NCBI GenBank assembly: GCA_963823945.1
Contig: CAWGNK010000003.1
Coordinates: forward strand, 5,732-69,731
From: an uncultured Acidimicrobiaceae bacterium
GTDB lineage: Bacteria > Actinomycetota > Acidimicrobiia > Acidimicrobiales > Bog-793
Direction of reading: 5' to 3'
Length of the DNA: 64,000 nt
Positions 58,205-64,000 of the stretch are shown here, in pieces (within the stretch, counting starts at the first letter, position 1; every line of letters begins with the position of its first letter). The position numbers and the translations under genes were made by a program. The notes beneath the pieces were generated by a model. That model did not search any database and had not been told where the DNA came from. It saw only the letters and a list, made by a program, of their open reading frames with translations.

Positions 58205-58855
58205 TCAGCTCCCGGCGGCTTCGTCGGTCGGGGCTTCGGCTCCGGGCTCAGCCGGGGCGGGGGCGCCCTCTTCCTCGACGGGCTCCTCGACGACCTCGAC
58301 GCGGGCGGCGTGCCCGACGACGACCGGTGACTCCGGATCGAGGTCCAGCGTCACACCTGGCGGGATCACGACCGAAGAGAGCCGGATCGGCTCGCCGATG
58401 TCGAGATCGCTGATGTCGACCTCGAACGACCGCGGGATGTCGGCCGGCTTGGCGTGCACGTCCACGCTGAGCAGCAACTGTTCGACCGTGCCCCCGGCGC
58501 GGCTCACGGCGACCGCCTCACCGACGAGGGTGACAGGAACCTCGGCGGCCACGATCTCGTCTCGGCGCACGACGATGAAATCGACGTGCGCCACCGTCTG
58601 GCGAACCGGGTGGCGCTGGAGCTCGCGGGCCAGTGCGAGGTGGTGCGTCTTGCCGACCGTGAGGTCGATGAGCGCGTTCGCGCCGGCGTCGGTCGACAGC
58701 GCGCCGTGCAGCGCCCGCTCGTCCACGCTCACGGGAATCGGCTTGACGCCGTGACCGTAGACGACACCCGGCACCCGGCCACCGACCCGGAGGCGACGAG
58801 TCGCGGGCGAACCCTTGTCATTGCGGGGTTCTGCGACGAGAGAGATCTCATCCAT
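58205..58855 (-). CDS. rplY: 50S ribosomal protein L25/general stress protein Ctc
   Basis: ATG 58855 (residue M28 of ORF 58205..58936). MDEISLVAEPRNDKGSPATRRLRVGGRVPGVVYGHG is the L25 N-terminus. Acidic Pro/Glu-rich tail. Confidence 0.9.
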   Translation of the reverse strand: MDEISLVAEPRNDKGSPATRRLRVGGRVPGVVYGHGVKPIPVSVDERALHGALSTDAGANALIDLTVGKTHHLALARELQRHPVRQTVAHVDFIVVRRDEIVAAEVPVTLVGEAVAVSRAGGTVEQLLLSVDVHAKPADIPRSFEVDISDLDIGEPIRLSSVVIPPGVTLDLDPESPVVVGHAARVEVVEEPVEEEGAPAPAEPGAEAPTDEAAGS

Positions 58856-59452
58856 GTTGACGCGCTCCTCGGGGCTCGAGCCGGTCGACCGCGGCCGCAT
58901 CTGCGCCAGACCGCCGAAGGCGGCACGACACGGCACTTTCCGTTCCGGAGTCTAGGCGACCAGGACCTGGCCCGGAACTGGCGGTAGCCGGTCCGATCTG
59001 CGGGTCCACAAAAGCGCCTGTCGCTTCCTCTGGTACTTGGTCCTGGCGTACTCATCGACCCAAACGCGCGAGCTCCTGCCCTGACCGTCGGGAGCTCGTT
59101 GCGCCTTGCGGGGACCGCGCCTGCCGGCGTCTCACAGGATGAGGACGTTCAGCTCCTTCGTTGTCCGGGCGGCAGATCACTACCTCTCAAGTTGTCGTGT
59201 GCCAGTTGATTCAGCTCCAGCGCAACACTTCTTGCGGCCCTGCATGAGTCAGCGTGGGCCGCTCGGGCGTTTCACCTGTCAGGCGGCCGGCTCAACCCAG
59301 CAACCTGGCCACCTGGGTGTGGCCCCAGGGGTACTTGGCTATCCGTGCGACTCGCTGGCGCAGCTGGCTCGCCGTTGCCCTGTGCAAGGGCCCGCGGGAA
59401 GCAGCGCCGGCGTCTCCGGGTGGACCCGGCCCGCGGTCCCATGGCGACCGGC

Positions 59453-60424
59453 TCAGGACAGGTTGTTTCCTCCGAAGATGCCGGAGACGGACGTGTCCTC
59501 GAAGACCGCGTCGATCGCCGCCGCGATCAACGGCGCCACAGAGAGCACCTGGATCTTGTCGATCAGGCGCTCCTTGGGCAGAGGAAGCGTGTTCGTCACG
59601 ATGACCCGGCTGATCGTGTCGCCGCTCAGCCGCTCGAGGGCCGGATCGGAGAGCACGGCGTGGGTCGCCATCGCCCAGACGTCGGTCGCGCCCGCATCCC
59701 TCAGGCGCTCGGCGGCACCGAGGATGGTCCCGCCCGTGTCGATGAGGTCGTCGATGATCACGCAGACCCGGCCCTTCACGATGCCGATCACCTCACGGGC
59801 CTCGACGCTGTTCGCCTTGCTCGTCAGATGCCGTTTGTGCACGAAGGCGAGGTCGGCGCCGAGCTGCTGGCTGAACCGCTCGGCGACCTTCACCCGGCCG
59901 GCGTCAGGCGACACGATGGCGAGCTTGCGCGGGTCCTGCTCGGCGAGGTAGCTGCACAGCACCGGCAGCGCGGTGAGGTGGTCGACGGGGAAGTTGAAGA
60001 AGCCCTGGATCTGGCCCGAGTGCAGGTCGACGCTGACGACGCGGTCCGCCCCGGCGGCGGTCAGCAAGTCCGCGATGAGCTTGGCGGTGATCGGCTCGCG
60101 ACCCGTCGACTTGCGGTCCTGGCGGGAGTAGCCGTAGTAGGGGCAGACCGCGGTGATCCGGTGCGCCGAGGCCCGCTTGGCGGCGTCGATCATGATCAGC
60201 TGCTCCATGATCGAGTCGTTCACCGGGTGGCTGTGGGGCTGGATGATGAACACGTCCGAGCCGCGGATCGAGGCGTCGTAGCGGCAGTGGATCTGCCCGT
60301 CGGCGAAGTCGTGCAGGTTCGCCTCGCCGAGCTCGACGCCCAGGTTGTCGGCTATCTCCCGCGCGAGGTCGGGGTGCGACCTCCCGCTGAACAACTCGAG
60401 GCGCCGCCGCGGTACGAGCTCCAT
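59453..60424 (-). CDS. prs: ribose-phosphate pyrophosphokinase
   Basis: 323 aa. LFSGRSHPDLAREIA start, the PRPP-binding loop VIIDDLIDTGGT and the DLHSGQIQGFF motif. Confidence 0.95.
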   Translation of the reverse strand: MELVPRRRLELFSGRSHPDLAREIADNLGVELGEANLHDFADGQIHCRYDASIRGSDVFIIQPHSHPVNDSIMEQLIMIDAAKRASAHRITAVCPYYGYSRQDRKSTGREPITAKLIADLLTAAGADRVVSVDLHSGQIQGFFNFPVDHLTALPVLCSYLAEQDPRKLAIVSPDAGRVKVAERFSQQLGADLAFVHKRHLTSKANSVEAREVIGIVKGRVCVIIDDLIDTGGTILGAAERLRDAGATDVWAMATHAVLSDPALERLSGDTISRVIVTNTLPLPKERLIDKIQVLSVAPLIAAAIDAVFEDTSVSGIFGGNNLS

Positions 60425-60448
60425 CTTGCTCCCCTTCCCGATCGGACC

Positions 60449-61558
60449 CTACTGAGAATCGTCGTCAAACTCGATGCGCGCGAACGGCCCGGTCGTCGAA
60501 CGGGGCTCGACGCGGCTCCCTCTGGCGAGGAAGGCGAACGGCCCCACCACGGCCCCCTCACCGATCGTGGCATTGTGCGCGACCGTCTGGGCGACCCTCG
60601 CTCCGGGCCCGACGGTGCAGTCGACGAGGTGGCAGTCCGGCCCGACCACGGCGCCTGGGCCCACCGAGGTCGCGCCCTCCAGGATGACGCCTGGCAGTAA
60701 CACGACCTCCTCGGCGAGTTCGACGGCGGCGTCGAGGTAGGTGCGGCCGGGGTCGGCCATCGTCACGCCCAGCCGCATCCATCTGTCGTTCAACCGCCCG
60801 CGCAGCACCTTCTCCGCCGCGGCGAGCTGGGCGCGGTCGTTCACCCCCGCCGTCTCGGCGGGGTCGGGGGCCAGGAACGTCGCGACCCGGTAACCCGCGG
60901 CGTCGAGCACGGCGATCGTGTCGGTGAGGTAGTACTCACCCTGCGCGTTGGCGGGCGACAGACGGCGAAGCGTGGGCGCGAGAACACCGTGGCGGAAGCA
61001 GTAGATCGACGTTGCGACCTCGTCGATCTCGAGCTCGCCCTCGCGCGCGTCGGTCTGCTCGACGACACGGGCGACGTTCCCGCTCTTGGAGCGGACGACG
61101 CGCCCGTACCCGGTCGGGTCGCTGATCCTTGCGGTGAGCAGGGTCGCCGCGGCGTCGCTCTCCCGGTGGGTCCGCACGAGCTCGGCCAGCGTCGACGGGC
61201 GCAGCAACGGCGTGTCACCCGGCAGGATCACGAGGTCCCCGTCGGCCAGGTCGGCGCCCTCGTCGAATCCGGTGAGCGCGACCGCGGCGGCATCGCCCGT
61301 CCCGAGCGGCCGGGACTGCTCGACGAACTCAATGGGCAGTTCCGGGGGTGCCTCGGCCTGCACGGCCTTCACCACGTCGACGGAACGGAATCCAACGACG
61401 ACGACGACCTTGCCGATCGGCAGCTCAGCCAGGGCGTCGAGGACGTGGAGCACCATCGGCCGACCGCACAGGCGGTGCAGGGGTTTCGGCGTCGCAGACC
61501 GCATCCGCGTCCCCTCGCCGGCGGCAAGGACAATCGCGGAGAGCGGGCGGGGGGCCAC
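60449..61558 (-). CDS. glmU: GlmU-like N-acetylglucosamine-1-phosphate uridyltransferase with a shortened C-terminal left-handed beta-helix domain
   Basis: GTG 61558 within ORF 60449..62092. LAAGEGTRMRSATPKPLH motif, then hexapeptide repeats that end at ...GPFARIEFDDDSQ*. Only 369 aa. The stop is 24 nt before prs. Confidence 0.8.
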   Translation of the reverse strand: MAPRPLSAIVLAAGEGTRMRSATPKPLHRLCGRPMVLHVLDALAELPIGKVVVVVGFRSVDVVKAVQAEAPPELPIEFVEQSRPLGTGDAAAVALTGFDEGADLADGDLVILPGDTPLLRPSTLAELVRTHRESDAAATLLTARISDPTGYGRVVRSKSGNVARVVEQTDAREGELEIDEVATSIYCFRHGVLAPTLRRLSPANAQGEYYLTDTIAVLDAAGYRVATFLAPDPAETAGVNDRAQLAAAEKVLRGRLNDRWMRLGVTMADPGRTYLDAAVELAEEVVLLPGVILEGATSVGPGAVVGPDCHLVDCTVGPGARVAQTVAHNATIGEGAVVGPFAFLARGSRVEPRSTTGPFARIEFDDDSQ

Positions 61559-61761
61559 GAGCCCATTCTCGCCGAAGGACCGGGGCCGTGCTGCGCTACA
61601 AATGGCGACGTGGATTCGCCGGCTCCCGCGTGCCGCTTCGGGTCGCCGAGCCGCGCCGCCTTTACGCCCGCAATCCGTCGCGCCCGGAACCGCCGGCGTC
61701 GGGCCCGTAACCGCTACCGCGCGACGAGGATCGCGCGACACACCTGGGAGGGTGGAACCCG

Positions 61762-63207
61762 TTGAACAAAGCCGATTTGTCAGGCGTCGCGCCCTTCGTC
61801 GAGCACCACTGGGAGTCCGACGCGCTCGCGGCGCTGTCCGAGTTCGTCGCGATCCCCTGTCTCTCGCCCGACTTCGACCATGAATGGGCGTCGCACGGGC
61901 GGATCGACCAGGCGGCGGAGCTCCTGCGCTCCTGGGCGGCGCGCCGGCAGCTCGCCGGGTGCACGGCCGAGGTCGTGCGGCTCCCGGGCCGCACGCCCTG
62001 CGTCCTCGTCGAGGTCGCCGCGACGCCCGGGGGACCCCCGGAAACGGCGCTCGTCTACGGCCACCTCGACAAGCAGCCCCCCCTCGGTGCATGGCGGGAA
62101 GGTCTCGAGCCGTTCAGGGCCGTGCGGGTCGGCGACCTCCTCTACGGCCGGGGATCCAGCGACGACGGTTACGCCCTCTTCGCGGCGCTCGGCGCCCTCG
62201 AGGCGCTCGAGGCGGCGGGCGTACCGCACGGGCGCGTCCTCGTGCTCATCGAGGCGGCCGAGGAGAGCGGCAGCGCCGACCTGGAGGCCTACCTCGACGC
62301 CCTCGCCGGGCGCATCGGCCCGTTGGCGCTCGTCGTGAGCCTCGATTCGGGCTGCGCGACCTACGACCGGCTGTGGATCACGACCTCGCTGCGCGGCACC
62401 ATCAACGCGATCCTGCAGGTCAGGGTGATGACCGAGGGCATCCACAGCGGAATGGCGGGGGGCGTCGTGCCCTCGTCATTCCGTGTCATGCGCCAGCTGC
62501 TCGACCGCCTCGAGGACGCGACCAACGGCCGCGTCCTCGTGCCGGGATGCGACGTCGAGATCCCGCCGCGGCGGTGGCACGAGATCGAGGAGGTCGCCGC
62601 CGAGTTCGGGGACGCAGCGGCGGGGCAGTTCCCCCTCCTTGAAGGTGTCGAGCTCGAGGGCGACGATGCGGTCGGCCGGCTCGCCCGCCTGACGTGGCGG
62701 GCGGCGCTCGAGGTCACCGGGGCGGCGGGCTTCCCCGCGATCGAGGACGCCGGCAACGTGCTGCGCCCGTCGAGCACGCTCAAGCTCTCCCTGCGGACCC
62801 CGCCGACCGCCGACGCACTCGCGGTGGCGGAGGCGCTGCGGGCCGCACTGACGAGCGATCCCCCTTCGGGTGCCGAAATCTCGGTCCGCATCGAGCAGGC
62901 GTCATCGGGCTGGGACGCACCCGAGCTCCCCACCTGGCTCACGACGGCCATCGGTGACGCGTCCCGCGATTGTTTCGGCAAGGCGCCGCGCTCGTTCGGC
63001 TTGGGCGGGTCGATCCCGTTCGTGACGTCGCTCGCCCGCCGCTACCCGGCGGCTCAGTTCCTCACGACCGGCGTGCTCGGTCCCGGGTCGAACGCGCACG
63101 TCCCCGACGAGTGCCTGCACATCCCGGCGGCCAAGGCCGTGACGTCGTGCACGGCCCACCTCCTCGCCGCCCTCGCGGCACATGGCCGCGGGGCGGCGCG
63201 GGCCTGA
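61762..63207 (+). CDS. M20 family metallopeptidase (dipeptidase/deacylase-like)
   Basis: 481 aa with TTG start. VYGHLDKQPP, GRGSSDDGYALFAAL, EAAEESGS and GGSIPF motifs. Confidence 0.8.
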   Translation: MNKADLSGVAPFVEHHWESDALAALSEFVAIPCLSPDFDHEWASHGRIDQAAELLRSWAARRQLAGCTAEVVRLPGRTPCVLVEVAATPGGPPETALVYGHLDKQPPLGAWREGLEPFRAVRVGDLLYGRGSSDDGYALFAALGALEALEAAGVPHGRVLVLIEAAEESGSADLEAYLDALAGRIGPLALVVSLDSGCATYDRLWITTSLRGTINAILQVRVMTEGIHSGMAGGVVPSSFRVMRQLLDRLEDATNGRVLVPGCDVEIPPRRWHEIEEVAAEFGDAAAGQFPLLEGVELEGDDAVGRLARLTWRAALEVTGAAGFPAIEDAGNVLRPSSTLKLSLRTPPTADALAVAEALRAALTSDPPSGAEISVRIEQASSGWDAPELPTWLTTAIGDASRDCFGKAPRSFGLGGSIPFVTSLARRYPAAQFLTTGVLGPGSNAHVPDECLHIPAAKAVTSCTAHLLAALAAHGRGAARA

Positions 63208-63219
63208 AGGCCGCGCCCC

Positions 63220-64000
63220 CTACGGCCGGGTTGGGCCTTCTCCCGCGCCCGTCCGCTCGAGCGCCGAGATGATCTCGGCGAGGTCGTCGCCGTCAAGGGT
63301 GAGGTCCGCGGCCGCCGACCAGCCGTCGACCTGGGATGGGCTGCGAGCCCCGACGATGGCACCGGAGACCCCCGGCGTCGCGAGCGTCCAGGCCACGGCG
63401 ACGGCCCCCACGGAGGTGCCGTGGCGCGCGGCGATCGGCCCCAACGCCTCGGCGAGGGCAAGATTCCTCTCCAGCTCGGCGCCGGAGAAGTCCGGGCTCT
63501 TGCGACGCCAGTCCTCGGGGGCGAGCGCCGCGGCGCGCGCCGCGCTGAAGGTGCCGGAGAGCAGCCCCGACTGCATCGGGCTGTAGACGATGACACCGGC
63601 GCCGTGCGCGGCGCACCAGGGAATGACATCCGCCCCGGCCCGCCGCTTGATGAGCGAGTACGGCGGCTGGACCGAATCGACGTGACCTAGCGCCTCGGCC
63701 TGCTCGAGGAGCGCGACGCCGTGGTTGGAAAGCCCTGCCGCGGCGATGACGCCTGCCTCGCGCAGCTCACAGAAGACCTCCCAGTACGCCTCGAGCGGGG
63801 TTCCGTCCTCCGCCGGCCAGTGCATCTGGAGAAGGTCGATGCGCTCGACCCGCAGACGGCGCAAGCTCGCCTCGACCTCCCGGCGCACGCTCGCCGGGTC
63901 GCCGAGGCGGCGCGGCAGGGCCATCGGGTCGCGGGGATCCGACACATTGCCGCACTTCGTGAACACGAACGGCCGGTCGGCGGGCGCGAAGCCCTCGAGC
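63220..64000 (-). CDS. aldo/keto reductase, 5' end beyond the right edge (partial)
   Basis: ORF 63220..63966. The same frame stays open to 64000 (LEGFAPADRPFVFTKCGN). Motifs IDLLQMHWP, AAGLSNH, QPPYSL and GAIVGARSPSQV. Confidence 0.85.
   Translation of the reverse strand, partial: LEGFAPADRPFVFTKCGNVSDPRDPMALPRRLGDPASVRREVEASLRRLRVERIDLLQMHWPAEDGTPLEAYWEVFCELREAGVIAAAGLSNHGVALLEQAEALGHVDSVQPPYSLIKRRAGADVIPWCAAHGAGVIVYSPMQSGLLSGTFSAARAAALAPEDWRRKSPDFSGAELERNLALAEALGPIAARHGTSVGAVAVAWTLATPGVSGAIVGARSPSQVDGWSAAADLTLDGDDLAEIISALERTGAGEGPTRP

Overview
High-GC (roughly 70%) chromosomal segment with actinobacterial-type synteny. The right half carries, on the minus strand, glmU-prs-rplY(ctc)-pth-mfd-mazG-eno-ftsB and then DUF501/ppx, the order known from mycobacteria and corynebacteria. 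The left and central part is more accessory. It holds tRNA-Ser, an intact IS3-family element, a SAM methyltransferase, tRNA-Arg, secreted GH114 and GH1 glycosidases, and a type IV pilus (T4P) system split in two. Part (i) is a pilin-like module at 6.0-16.9 kb: a roughly 2,430-aa protein with a prepilin (class III) leader and about 20 tandem Ig-like modules, a 477-aa pilin-like protein, and a PilX_N-like protein with three IPT/TIG domains. Part (ii) is the machinery at 24.2-32.6 kb: pilB, pilC, pilA, pilT, a large polytopic membrane protein, and pilD. The machinery is preceded by co-directional lgt, M15 peptidase and L,D-transpeptidase genes. Between the two parts lie a split cytochrome b operon and an MFS transporter. 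The window also contains PhoU with a Pho84-like phosphate transporter, DegV, an atypical class-I tRNA with anticodon TAA, a carboxylesterase, NlpC/P60 and Rpf-like wall hydrolases, a glycosyltransferase cluster and an IS110-family element. No CRISPR array or rRNA was seen. The best candidate for a new system is the T4P with its giant modular pilin-like protein. Secondary oddities: a 40-bp IS3-end remnant in inverted orientation 37 kb from the intact IS, both next to tRNA 3' ends; a near-identical 1,023-bp tandem duplication inside the giant gene; a frameshifted parvulin lipoprotein gene; pth and lgt without canonical start codons; and a glmU missing the end of its acetyltransferase domain. All functional calls come from motif recognition by eye on the supplied translations. 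No database search was run.
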